Assembly (NCBI GenBank): GCA_012295275.1
Contig: CM022678.1
Coordinates: 6,014,001-6,078,000 of the forward strand
Source: Chrysomallon squamiferum
Taxonomy: Eukaryota; Animalia; Mollusca
Direction: 5' to 3'
DNA: 64,000 bases
Part shown: positions 28,925 through 43,267 of the stretch, piece by piece
Numbering within the stretch: position 1 is the first letter of the stretch
How the letters are laid out: every line of letters starts with the position of its first letter
Program-made: the position numbers and the translations under genes
The notes under the pieces: model-generated
Told to the model about the DNA's origin: nothing
The model's input: the letters and a program-made list of their open reading frames with translations, nothing else
The model's database searches: none

Positions 28925-29317
28925 TTATCCCTTTCTTCCACAACGCCTTCCACGACCGCCTCGACGGCCCCATGCATCGGCGCATCCCAGAAGAGAGCCT
29001 TCAAATACAAAGCATTGATTTTACAGTTATATTCATCAACGTCATCATCATCATCGTCATCGTCATCATCATTGTTCTTGACATGATAATTATTTTTACT
29101 ACTACAAGCTATTACTACTATTTCTTTTTCTTCTGCCACTATTACTGCGACTACTGCTACTACTACTACACTCATTACCTGTATCACTACTACTGCTACT
29201 GCTACCACTACTGCTATATTAATACTCTGAGTAATATGACTATTGATACTATCATTCTAAAATAATAAAAATAGAAGAAAAAATAACAAAAATGGATTTT
29301 CGTAAACCTTATTGTCC

Positions 29318-29360
<43 letters not shown>

Positions 29361-29930
29361 TGTTGTTATCGTTGTTCTTGTGGATAAACTTTCTATAATA
29401 TATCTGCATAGATAATTGAATATTGTTCTGCATGTTGAAATATATTCGTTTTATAAGAATGTTTTATTCAAATTAATTCTCTATTCGAAGCAAATCAAAT
29501 ACAGTATTAAAATGATTTTGTCGCTTTAAAATGTTTTCTGTTACAACAATGTGCAAATAGTATTGATTAATTTCGCTGAAGAAATAATTTAAATCCCAAC
29601 CAATTCTGTTTCTTGTGAATTAATAAACTCAAATGAATATACATACAACATTCGCGAAGAATTAAAATTACTTGGTTACATTAAAATGTGTTCGTAACAT
29701 AGCAGTATATGACGTCACTCTAAATTGTTTCGTCATAAAACCGTTTTAGTGTATAACAATCTTTTCCTTACCTAACAACACATTCTTATAACGCAAATAT
29801 AACAGAAAACAATGTTTCTGGTGTGTTTCTCAGAATTATTGACAAAACTAGTTTGGTTAATTATTAAATAGAAAAATAAATAAATCTTCTTACCGACTGC
29901 AAACATTAGAATTAAAGCTGCTATCTTCAT
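28925..29930 (-). CDS. Small secreted cationic peptide precursor, 36 aa: MKIAALILMFAVGSLLGCADA/WGRRGGRGRRCGRKG (exons 29930-29894 and 28998-28925)
   Basis: ATG in a GAAACATG context. A 37-nt exon ends at G|GTAAGA. The acceptor TTTGTATTTGAAG| joins in phase 1 to complete a hydrophobic signal peptide ending A-D-A. The second exon is a GC-rich island in AT-rich DNA, followed by TAA and an AATAAA 30 nt downstream (28895-28890). Confidence 0.75.
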
Positions 29931-30371
29931 GTTTCACAAAGGCTGTACGTGTGTCTGTCTGTGGTTATGTGTAGCGTGTTAGTTAACTATTAAGTCTATT
30001 TATTGAGATTAAGCCGGATATTAGATGATTATCATGCTGAGGTTAATCTTGGTCCTAGAGATACCACCAGTCGTGTTAGCAGTAGAGGTCCGCTGCAGAT
30101 ATAAATATTAAAACAAAATTAATATCTAATTGTAAAGTAAAGAAGTATAGGAAGTGCTTATATTTCACAATTAAAAAAATAAAATAAAATAAAATAAAAT
30201 AAAATGTATATAAGTTAAAAAATATAATATAATATAATAAAAGAAATAATAATAATAAAATGAATATATAAATAAAAAATAAAAAATAAAAATTTAAAAA
30301 ATACTATACAAAAATATTAAATAAAATAATAATAATAATGATGATGATGATAATACTAATACTAATACTAT

Positions 30372-30412
<41 letters not shown>

Positions 30413-31567
30413 TTACTACTACTACTACTAATAATAATAATAAATAAATAAATAAATATACATCAAGCAATTGATTGGCCTAAATGCAGACATCGTCTAT
30501 GAAAAAGAAAAAGACAAAAGTACATATAAAATATTCAGACTATACTTAGACTTTTTAAAGGTTCTTTATTTTATTCTGTAGGTTCTTATATTGATATGTG
30601 GGTGCTATTGGTATATGACAAATAGTTATATGCGTGAGTGTGTGTGTGTGTGTGTGTGTGTGTATCTGTGTGTGTGTGTGTGATAAATTCAAACTATCAA
30701 GGCTAAGAAATTCTTTCACATTTTTCTATAATTTAATTTACAAATCTTTTTATGGAAATGCTTCCAGCTATAGACCTAGCGAGTCATAGCCATAAAAAAA
30801 TAAAAAATAAAAAATAAAATAATCATTTCATAATATCCGGATTCGACAAATTAAGTATTCATACAATCAGAATACTGTATAAACGCCAATAATGATGTAA
30901 GTAGTTGACTTAATTTGAAAATTTAAAAACTATCTTCAAGAAGTCATCGTCGCCTATTTTCCCATAAAAGGGTAATATGGATGGTTTAATTATTAACGAT
31001 TATTTATTTATTAATTAATTTAATTTAATTTAATTTATTTAGTTTCCAATTTGTCGTGTGTGTGGGTTTTTTTTTTTTTTTTTCATCTTTATTTTATTAA
31101 TAGAGTCTTATAATATAAATAATACAATTTTAAGATTATATACATTTAAAGATTATTACTTTAATAAGATTATTCATTGTTAGTATATAGAAAAGAAATG
31201 TAAATCCGGATTTAAAGTTAAAACAAAGAGAAATTTATCAACCTTTATCAGACAAACATGTTTACAAATAAATGAATAAACAAACGAATAAAATAGAACA
31301 AACATAACATAACATAAAATAAAATAATATAATATAATATAATATAATATAATATAATATAATATAATATAATATAATATAATATAATATAATATAATAT
31401 AATATAACCAGCGTTTCAGAGTCGGACGTGGATTAACTATTTTACATCTGGATTAGTTTGTTCTTGTTCTTTTAAGCTTTTTATTATTATTATTTTATTT
31501 ATTTACTTTTATTATTACTACTACTGCTGCTGCTGCTGCTACTAGAACTACTACTACTTATTTTTTA

Positions 31568-31639
<72 letters not shown>

Positions 31640-32262
31640 TCTATTTTTTATTTTTATTATTTGGAAATGTGCCCAAAAGAAAACAACTGGATAGAAATAA
31701 AAATAACTAGGCAAACTGCGAAATACGTAATATGTCTGGTTTCCGTATTTTAACATGTAGCCTATATTTATTTATTTTAAATAACTGGATTTTAAATATT
31801 TTATCGTGTACTATTTTCTCCTGGCCGGAAGTTTACGTTATTTCACTCAAGATCGATTTTATCTGCTATTTTTTTCTTCGTATATATGTCTAAGAATGAC
31901 GTCAATCAACTATTGACGTTATATTAACAATCGTTATTCATCGGCAATTTTCGTTGACTTCGTTGGATAAGTATGACGTCAACAAAAGACTGATGTCATT
32001 CACTGATACTGCCGAAGCCAATGGTTTCTTCCGGCTTTCAGGTAACGTAAACACCTTTTTATTTCAGTACAAAAGTATAAATTTGAACAGGAAAATTATT
32101 ATCATATTAACTGTTGCACTTGTCCTAAAACATTTTCAGACATGTTATTTACTAATACAAATAATGATTCTGTTGTTAAAAACATTTTAAACTATGCGTA
32201 ACTATAGTTGTGTAAAATATAATATTTGGTTTTATTTTTATTCTGCATTTGTCCAAATAGAT

Positions 32263-32302
<40 letters not shown>

Positions 32303-32650
32303 ATTTCAAAAAATGGTACTGAAAGCAAATTTTTCACAATCCTCTGAATAACAACAAAGCCTGAATGAAATTCAAAATCAGTTTATATATAACAACAACT
32401 ATTATTACAATAAATTCTCAATATCTGATCACATTAGTAATGTTAGATTCACTCCCATAAAAAATTAAAAAATATACCTATATTATACAAGAAGAAATAA
32501 TCTAAATATATTTTTTATACTTCCAAATGATCATTTAAATATTTAAAACCAATCTTTGCCAAGATTAAAATACAGCAGCAGTGATTTTAAAAAGCAAAAT
32601 ATTAATGAAAAATTATGTTAAAAAGAAAGAAATTAATAATAATCATGATG

Positions 32651-32714
<64 letters not shown>

Positions 32715-34126
32715 CAATAACAGAAACAATAATAATAAATTAAACTACTAATAAATAAAAATACATAAATAAATCATCAGCTAATTTCTCTTATTTCTTT
32801 TCAAGACTGTAAAGAAGAATAATCAATAATCAAATAAAAATGGCATTTTATTGGTTATTATTACCACCTGGCTAATAAAATATAATTATTTACCTAATAT
32901 ATATTAAAACCATGATATTATTTTTGTGTTTAATGTACCAGCAAAAATACAGTTAATAATGTTAATAATAATAATAATAATAATAAAAATAAAATAATTA
33001 GTAATAATACTAATTAATAATAACAATAATATAATAATAATAATAAATAATTAGTAATAATACTAATTAATAATAACAATAATATAATAATAATAATAGT
33101 AATAATAATAATAATAATAAAATTAAAAAAATGATAATAATAATAATAATAAAAGTAATTATGATTAATAATAATAATAAGTAATAATAATAATAATGAT
33201 AATGATAACAACATTATATATATATATATATATAAGAAAATTGTTTGGTAAACAATATATTGGAAATAGTAAATTATAATGAAAACCCAAATTATTTATA
33301 ATACATCATACGTGCTAAACTAAATCATAATGTGTAATTGCCACCTAAACTAGTCATCTGCATAAAATTAATAAAACTAAGCAATATGCCATTATAAATG
33401 TTAAACAGATGGTAACATGTTTATATAATAATATAAACATATATATACATTTATATACATTGATGAACTGGTTATTTCATTTTTTTTTTTTTAAATTTGT
33501 AGGGGGGGTTTTGTATCTTTTTACTGGGGTTTTGACAAAATTAACATTTGTATTATTTATTAGTATTTATTTAATTATTATTATTATTATCATTATTATT
33601 ATTTTTATTATTACAATTTCAATAGCAAATGTATTAAATTCAAGTCATGATAAATAAATAAATAAATAAAAAGCCAAGAATCATTTTCAGATAATTTATT
33701 AATTCAAACTTGCCAATTTCAACACAAGCTTCTTTCAAATACACTCAACACAAACACACCTAGGCATTAGTTCACATATGTGCCTCAAAATATTTTGTAT
33801 CCTTCAAAATCAAACTGTCAGGTAGATATAGTGGAGTAATTTGTTATTACTTAAATCAATACTGCACTGATATTAATGTACATTCTATACACATTCTGTA
33901 TATTCTCATGTTTTATAATTGGAGACAAAACTTTACTACTAATAAAGTATGATTAAATAACAAACTCGTGAGAGCCTGGCTGGTAGTTTCACGAGTTTGG
34001 ACCGAGTACAAAAATCATTTACAAACTGAAGCTATTTGGCTTCAACAAGCAGACTCGGTCTGACAGGATTTTTTCCAGTCGTTCTAATAAACGTATAATT
34101 GACACACGGTCGTAAAATATATATAA

Positions 34127-34169
<43 letters not shown>

Positions 34170-36220
34170 TAAATTAAATAAATAAATAAATAAACAAACA
34201 AACAACAATAATAGTAATTTCGTATAACTGGAAAATGACATCTGTATACTTATTACCCGATTATTTCAATTTATTCTGAAATAAAATATCATGATTATAT
34301 ACCAAATTTATTCAGGCCAATTACTTGTACCATTTATTTATTTATTTATTTATTGTTGCAATTATTAATGCTATTATTATTATTATTACTCCCATTCACT
34401 GAACCAATCTGCCAATTCAGTCCTCATAATCACCAATTTAGTAAAACAATAATTCATTTTTTATAACTTTTTTCTTTTTATTTATTTATTTATTTTAATT
34501 TCTGTTAAAGCAATCTATTAAAATAAAACAAGGGTAAAATCATGGTAAAACATAAAATAAACTGAATTTAAACAACCATTATTATTATTTTTTAAAACCC
34601 AACAATAAATAAATAAAAAAATGGAAAAAACCAAACAAACAACCAACAACAAATCCATTTACAAGATTAGGTTTTAAAACCAAATTTCAAGAAAGGAAAA
34701 AAAAAATCTATGAATTAAAACAATAAAATAAATAAATAATTAGATGTTACTGTTGAAAAAGAGTTTTGTATAAAATTAAGCCAGTGGTGCCTTAAACCCC
34801 ACTGGTTGAATTTAAAAATATAAAAGTAACAAACAAAGATATAAAATTTTAATTAGTTCTTATTGAAGTCTCTGTGTGATGGTTGGGTACATTTATATAC
34901 TTCCACATGTATAATTGCTCTTTCACATGAAAATGTACTGATAATAAAGTTTGACACCAACACAGGAAGTAAACGATAACTGATATGCTTGATTAATATT
35001 GAAGACTCTACAGTCAAGAAAAATTAAACAAACAAATAAAAATAAAAATAAAAATAAAAATAAATTATATAATATAAAAACTTTAAAAAAAATAATATAA
35101 AATACTTCATACCAAAATTTGACACCAACAGAGCAACTAAATAATACTTCCTGTATTAAAGTCTATACACAATGGCCAAACAAAATTTTAAAAAAAACTC
35201 ACCTAAATACACTTATATGCTTTCCTGCTTTGTTTTTTACACCAAACTTTGCTAAAAATAAAGTCTGACACAAACGTAACAAATTTGTGTCACTTATTCC
35301 TCATTAAAATCTTGTTACATCTTATTCAGAAATTTAAAGAAAACCAGCAAATTCATTTTTAGAAATTCTATCAATCTTTACTAACAATAAAGGTAAATAT
35401 AATTGGCAAAGATGCCAGTGTACCTACATATCTATGAAAGATTCACAAGAAAAAAAGAGTGGCTGTCCTCGTGAACTGCATTAATTTCAAAACAGTGATA
35501 CTTTATTATAAGCAAAGTTTGAGGCCTAGTAACAAAATAAAAAAAAAAAAAAAAAAAAAAAAAGGTTTGAATATGTCTGTACCATTGAAACAAATACAAA
35601 TTAATCAATTAATTAAGGAAAACATAAATACACAGTAATGAAAAAACTATTTTTAGAAGTCTTTAAAAATATATGTTGTACCTGAACAGGCACAATTTAA
35701 CAATAAGTAAATAAATGAACTATGTCTGGAGGTACATGAAATATATTAGAGGGGTGTATTCAAATTAAAAATCAAAAAATAGTTTTAAAAAACAAGAAAG
35801 AAAATGTCACAAGATTACATTGCTCTAAGATTATCATCAGTAAGTGTAAAATATATCGGTGTTATTAATGGGAGACTACCTCCAACAAAACAACATGCAC
35901 CAATTATGCAAGTAATTTTCAACTCTTTAAGTAAGATATTACATTATGTACAATATATCATTCAACAAACCAAAGCAAAAAAAAAAAAAAAAAAAAAAAA
36001 AACAACCAAAAATCACCATAAAAAAGTAACAATCATCAACAAACCTACTCTCAAAAAAAAAAAAAAAAAATTTAAAATTTAAATTAAAATAAAAACCCAA
36101 TAAATTTTGACTAGTAATGATTTTCTTATTATAATTCGTATTTTGTCGTTTCGTATTTCATATTTAAAGTGAATCTTTCGTGATGTGAAAAAAATAAACA
36201 CCCAAAAACGTGTCTCGACA

Positions 36221-36557
36221 TATACTTCCAAGTTTTCTTTTATTAATTATTATGTCAACCAGACATGTAGTCATGAAGTTAAAAAATATATGGCTGCTTC
36301 CATCTTTCTGTAATGCTATCACAACACAGTGTAAAAAAAATATTTCACTCAACTTTAAAGAATAGAGGAAAAAAAGTTTGTTTTTAAATTTCATTACATG
36401 ATGTGTTCAGTGACAGGAAAAAAAACCCCTCCAGTTTGTGAAAAGGATAAAATGTCTATTTTCACACATTTTGACACGGTTTTATTTCACTGTTACAAGT
36501 TGTTAAAAGCAATGGGCACATCACTCGAGCCAAATAAAATAATAACTTGGAAGTATA
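36221..36557. mobile_element. MITE-like element with terminal inverted repeats
   Basis: TATACTTCCAAGTT at 36221 and its reverse complement AACTTGGAAGTATA ending at 36557. No coding capacity. Confidence 0.6.
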
Positions 36558-36629
36558 AAGAATTTTATTAGATCAGTAATTTCATGCCACCACTCACACA
36601 CATGTCAAGAAAATAGTGTTTTTGTATGC

Positions 36630-36695
36630 ATCTATGTATGTATGTGTGTGTGTGTGTGTGCATATGTATATATATAAATATATATGTATACACAC

Positions 36696-36754
<59 letters not shown>

Positions 36755-37040
36755 TGTTTGTATCTATGTATGTCTGTCTGTCTGTATGTATGTTTGTATC
36801 TATCTATGTATGTATGTCTGGATGTTTGTATGTATATATGTCTGTATGTATGTATGTATCTATGTATGTATGTATGTCTGTATGGTTGTCTGTATGTATG
36901 TATGTATGTATGTATGTATGTATGTATGTATGTATGTATGTATACCTCGGTGTATGTTTGCACATGAAATTACGTATAAACGTAAAAACACATTTACGTA
37001 TATACTTACATACGTATACCATTATATATATATATATATA
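36630..37040. repeat. Compound (TG)n/(TA)n/(TATG)n microsatellite, representative of dozens of simple repeats in the window
   Basis: Directly visible. It accounts for several low-complexity ORFs in the track. Confidence 0.95.
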
Positions 37041-37129
37041 AAAACCAAAAACTTTTTCCTTTTTTTTTTTACTTCTTAAACTACAACAGAACAAAAGATT
37101 TTTTTTTTAAATAAAAAACAACACAGAGT

Positions 37130-37822
37130 CTAATCTCCTAGTGGTTTCAGCGAGTCGCTGGTGTAACACCGGACTCTTGAATAGTTCAGCGGGGGAAAGG
37201 ATTTCTTGTTGATGTCGAAGTTGGCGACGGTCTCCTGTCCACTGGAGGGACACACCGTGCTGATCGAGTACTTCTGCCACTGCAGCTGGGCGTGTGCTCT
37301 CTTCCCAGCGTCCCTCAGCTCAAACTCCTGCGAAATTTAGAAGATACGAATGGGAAGAAGTAGTAGTGTTGGTGAGATGAAGAGAAAAAAAGAAAAAACG
37401 AGAGTCTGGTTATATTCTGAATACTTCTGTATCATCTGTATTATCCATACTCAGTCATCTACATCATCTGTACTTTCATTTTATATACGTATTTCATATA
37501 TGTATATACATACATTCATACATATATCAGCATCATCAACCAAACTTCAATTGTGTGCATTTGTGTGTGCGTGAGTGTGTATAAAATGGAAGTATAGATG
37601 ATATATATGACTTAAGTATGGATGATACATATACTGGAAGTATAGATGATATAAATGATGGAAGTATACAGAATATAATTAGACTAGCTTTACATATATA
37701 TATATCATCATCATCATCCGCACTTCAATTGTATACATATATATATAATCCAAACATTCATCTTAGGATAATAAACAAATGAGAATTTCCCTACAATCCC
37801 CAAAACCCTTAAATACAAATAG

Positions 37823-37861
<39 letters not shown>

Positions 37862-38574
37862 TTCTACATGTTTTCCATCATATATATCATTCAAGCACTT
37901 TCATAACTAATTTCATCCTTGACCTAATTATTGCTGTCTTCAGATAATAAAACAGAATTTCCCCACCCTTAAAAAACTGTTTAATTATCAATTCATAAAA
38001 ATTAAATGAATCTATCATAGGCATTTTTATTTTTAAAAATCTATTACAACAATGACTGACAGAATGAATGAAAATCAGATGGTTACTGTCATACTTTATT
38101 GTTATGAAAGCTTGGTGGCTGAGAAAAAAAATTATCAGATAAAAGAACACACAAATGTATTTATAGTGTTAAGGATTTTTTTTTTTTTTTTTTTTTTATA
38201 TATATATAGTTTTTCTTTTCTGAAATGTTACATGTAAGCTTTTGAAAGACCCTATAATATAATTTATAAATAAACAGAATGTATATGAAATCAGCTGCTG
38301 ACATTTGATCAGTGGGTGTGTGTACTTACCACAGAAAACAGTTGTTCTGCCTGGTCATTCTGGTTTTGGGGCCTCTGTCTCCGATAGCGATAGTAAACCT
38401 GGTTACTTTCAACATGCTTCTCTCTCTTTAGTACAGCAGTCACCTGAATATAGTGATACAAGGTCTGTTATAGATTAATTTTAAAAAGATGTAGACAGAC
38501 AGACAGACAGACAGACAGATAGGTAGATAGATAGATAGATGGATATATGAAAGCAAACAGAGAAAAAAAGGAGG

Positions 38575-38616
<42 letters not shown>

Positions 38617-40695
38617 AACATGAGAGATATATAGAAAACATGCTGTTATATGTAAAATCATAGCATATTACTTTTAATGTAAAATCCTAGCATATTACTT
38701 TTAATGTAAAATCATAGCATATTACTTTTAATGTAAAATCCTAATGAATTACATTTAATATAAAATCATAATGTATAAAACTGTATTACTTTTAATGTAA
38801 AGTCACAACACATTAAATGGTGTTGTATTTAATGTAAAACTGTCAGACAGGACAAGACAGAACTTGTGAAAACAAAACGCACCTTTCTGCCTGTGATTTT
38901 GTAGAAGCCCTTCAACAGGCCTGAGGCCTTTGCATTCTGAGATCTCAGTTTGGTGACCAAAGCAGCTGGATCTTCTGGACTGCATAACATCAAAATTGAC
39001 CCTGAAAAAAAAAAAAAAAAAAAAAATTAAAAATTAAAAATAATAAACAACTGTTTAAATGTATTTAAAAGAATAATAAAAATAAAAAATAAATAAATAA
39101 ATTAAAAATAATAAACAACTGTTCAGATGTATTTAAAAAAAAAAAAAAAATTTGAAAAAATAAATTAAAAATAATAAACAACTGTTTAAATGTATTTAAA
39201 AAAAAAAAATAATAAAAATAAATAAATAAATAAAAAAATAAATTAAAAATAATAAACAACTGTTTAGATGTAATTTCAAAAAAAATAATAATAATAAAAA
39301 AAAAAAAAAAATAAATTAAAAATAATAAACAACTGTTTAAATGTATTTCAAAAAAAATAAAATAAAAATAAAGATTTAAAAAAATAAAAATAAAAAACAA
39401 AATTTAAAAAATAAAAATTAAAAAATAACAAGCAATTCACTAAATGTATTTCAACAAAAATAAAAAATAAAAAATAATAATAATAAAAATAATAAAATAA
39501 AATAAAATAAAAAAGATAATCAACTAATAATAACAATAAAATAAAGGTTTTCAAAATAAATAAATAATTCACACAATAATGTCAAAATGAATCTAAATAA
39601 TTAAATAAAGTAAATGTATAAATAAAAAGAAATAGACTGTTAATTAAAAAAAAAAATTTAAATAAATAAATAATTTTGTTAGGGCATTTCTAAATTAAAT
39701 TAATTTATAATATAAAGAGAACAAGATCTAAGTCTAAACATGAAGTCAATTTTTATTTCATATACAGATTGTTTGATACATGAAATAAAGTTTATATACA
39801 CTAAATCATCCAGATACTGTAACACATGGTCAGCATATTTTTATTATATATATATATTTTTTTTTTTTTTTACCACTTTATTTACGGCATGAGTTTGTGT
39901 GCACTAAACCTTCCAGAAACTTGAACAAAAATCTCTGAAAGGTTTTGTAGATGTTTTTGGATCTCAAAATTTCGGACAAAATGGGTTCTCAACCGATGCA
40001 TTATGACTCCTATATATAAATTTATTTATATATTTTTTTTCCCTTCTGTTAATACTTTTAGTTTTTCTTAATCTTGTAACTGAGGGGGGTTTTAAATTGA
40101 AATCAATAAGTGTTTTCTAAGATATTAATATAGGGATTCTTAAATTTTTTAATTTTTTTAATTTTTTTTTTTTTTTTACCTTCGGGAAAGAACCTGACAA
40201 AACGGTAGTATTCGACTACGTGATATGGGCGGTAAAAATAATCCAAACTCTGCTCTCCTTGTCTGACATACGTAGTCCTGCTGATGTAACACCCTGAAAA
40301 AACAGAAACATACCAATGGATGGATGGAGCAATGAATGGATGGATGGATGGATGGATGGAGGAATGGAAGAATGGAGTTACGGATGGATGTATTAATGGA
40401 TGGATGGATGGATGGATGGATGGATGAAGGATAGATAGATGAATGGATGGATGGATGCTTAAAGATTAACTGACAAACAGAACAAGTGGAAGAAAAACAG
40501 AAAGACAGGTACATTGACAAACATGTAGATAAATTAAAAAAGACCGAAAGATAGAAACAGATAGACAAATCTACAGATTAATGAATGTACTGAAGGATTG
40601 ATGGACAAACCAAATGCAAAACACAGATAAAATCAGATAATCAGGAAGATAAATTTAAATAAAATATTCAAACAGTTTTACAGTGAGAAAGAAAA

Positions 40696-40756
<61 letters not shown>

Positions 40757-41710
40757 CTAATTTACAATCTCATGGATATGATATAAGCACTACAAACATA
40801 TTAATTTTCATACAAAATATATCAAACTTTCGAGCCTTAGAAAATAAACTAACATAGTAAATACTACTGAGTTGTTCCTGCAACATTGCTACACACAACA
40901 AAAAAAAAAAAAACCATTATACACAAATTATTCAGAACAGGTGTTTCTTTAGCAGTCTCAGTGAACTTAGAAATTAGCAAAAATGATTTTCTCGTTTTGA
41001 GCATCATTTAGGACAGAAATTAAAACCCACTCTTTTCTACTGGATGAAGTCAGTATTTGATTTAATAAATCAGGGTGTTTGTTAGGGACAGTTTTTTTCT
41101 AAGAGACTCACCATTTAAGAGAACGTGTGGTTTCTCTATAAACATCCTTCGCCAAGATCCACCAAACTTCTTCACACCGGAAACATTCTCTCCCCAAATT
41201 CTAAACAAAGAGAGAAAAGGTTGAATGAAAAAATTAAAAAATTAAAAAAACTAATAATAAACTAGCTTTGTTACTGCTTTATGTCAATAATTCAATGGTG
41301 TATGTGTGTATGTGTAAATAAAAATAATAAAGTAATTTACAATAAAGAAATAATAGAGAAAATATCGCAGAGTATAATGGTATAAAAGGACTGAATATTA
41401 ATGAGTGTGTATGTAAGTGCATGTTTGTGTTTATCTGTATCTCATATATTTTATATGTAAGTATATTATGTGTGCATGTGTGTATTTTTGTCTGGGTCAA
41501 AGATGTGTCTTTTGTGTGTATGTGGGTAAGTGTATTATGTATGTGTGTGTATCTATATGTTTCTCTGTGTATGTAAACAGAGATAGTGAGTGAAAGAGAG
41601 AAATACGAGAGAGAGAAATACACACACACCCACACACACACACACACACACAGACACAGACACTTACACACACACACACACAAGCACACACACAGACACA
41701 CACACACACA

Positions 41711-41769
<59 letters not shown>

Positions 41770-42001
41770 ACACTTACTTCTGACAGGTGAGTTTCCATAT
41801 CCTCTCATCACGAGCACACAGGTAGAAACCACGACACACCTGTAATTATACAATAAAAATAAAAATATTGATAATTATAAATAAAATATGGATGTAACAT
41901 AATCAAAAATCTAACTGAATGTTACAGTACATCTAGACAATCTGACAGAGTGAAAATCAGTTAGGAAATATATCCTGATGTGAAGGACAAATGGGTTAAA
42001 A

Positions 42002-42033
<32 letters not shown>

Positions 42034-43204
42034 CGTGTTGCAGGTCTTGGTAAAATGTTACTAGTCCAATAATTATTTTATCACATTAATTTCAGTTTTA
42101 ATCTTAACATGACCAAGCAGGAGTCTCTTCAATGCTTATTACAATATATGACATATGCAAATCTGAACTAATCAGAATTAATGTTTAAATGGCAGCATTC
42201 TGCTTATACAGAAAGAAAAATTGTTTACATAACGAACAGCTGCAATAAAATACAAATTAAAAAAAATTATTAAAATTATCTCAGTTTATTTTCTTAAGAA
42301 GAAGACCAAAACAAACACAAGCGGTGATACAGTGAAAAAGCACGATTCAGTTTATCTGCAACAATTACAAAAACTCAAAAAATCAGGATCAATATTAAAT
42401 TACCTGTTCTAAAATCAAATAAATTGGATGATCTGATACTCAACATGTGTGAAGGTATATTTTTAAATTTATTTTATTTCATTAATGAGCAAACATGCAG
42501 ATTAAAACAATTTTCTTATTTATTTATCTATGTATTTCAAGATTAATGCAGCAAAATATGCAAAAACGTTTCAAAGTTCTTTATTACTGTCATTACTAAT
42601 CATTATTATTTTTATTATTATTATTATTTTATATGGAATTTTAATTAGAACACTTATTCACTATACTATCAGTTTCATGAGAGGTTGCTGAACAATAAAA
42701 CAACAAACCTCAGAGACAGTCTCCAGAGCTCTAATGTCAAGGTCACTGGAAACGACCCATCTAAATATGTAGAGAATGACTTCAATAGGCAGACTGGAAA
42801 TATGCTTCATCTGAAAATTAAATAGTCCGATTTAAAACGATACAAAGATAGATGTATTCATTCTTTACTGAAACAAGAATTAGACAGAATTTCTCACCAC
42901 CAACCTTTGCTAACGATAAAATAATAAATAATCGAAAGACATTTTTTTTTTTTTCCACTGTATCATATCAATTTACAGGTTCAAAAGTACCATTAAAAAA
43001 GGAAAATAAAAATAATAATAATAATAATAAAATGAAATAAAATAAAATAAAATAAAATAAAATAAAATAAAATAAAATAAAATAAAATAAAATAAAATAA
43101 AACAGAACCAAAGAGAATTATTGGAGGTATCAAAATACTCAGTCTTTATAGGATTTTTGTGTTCTTGTGTTTTTGTCTCTCTCTCTCTCTCTCTCTCCCC
43201 TCCC

Positions 43205-43267
<63 letters not shown>

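Noticed and set aside
28918-29208. ORF-track ORF ending ...ALFWDAPMHGAVEAVVEGVVEERDKK
   Set aside because: It is mostly simple repeat. The GC-rich part is better explained in another frame as exon 2 of the secreted peptide gene.
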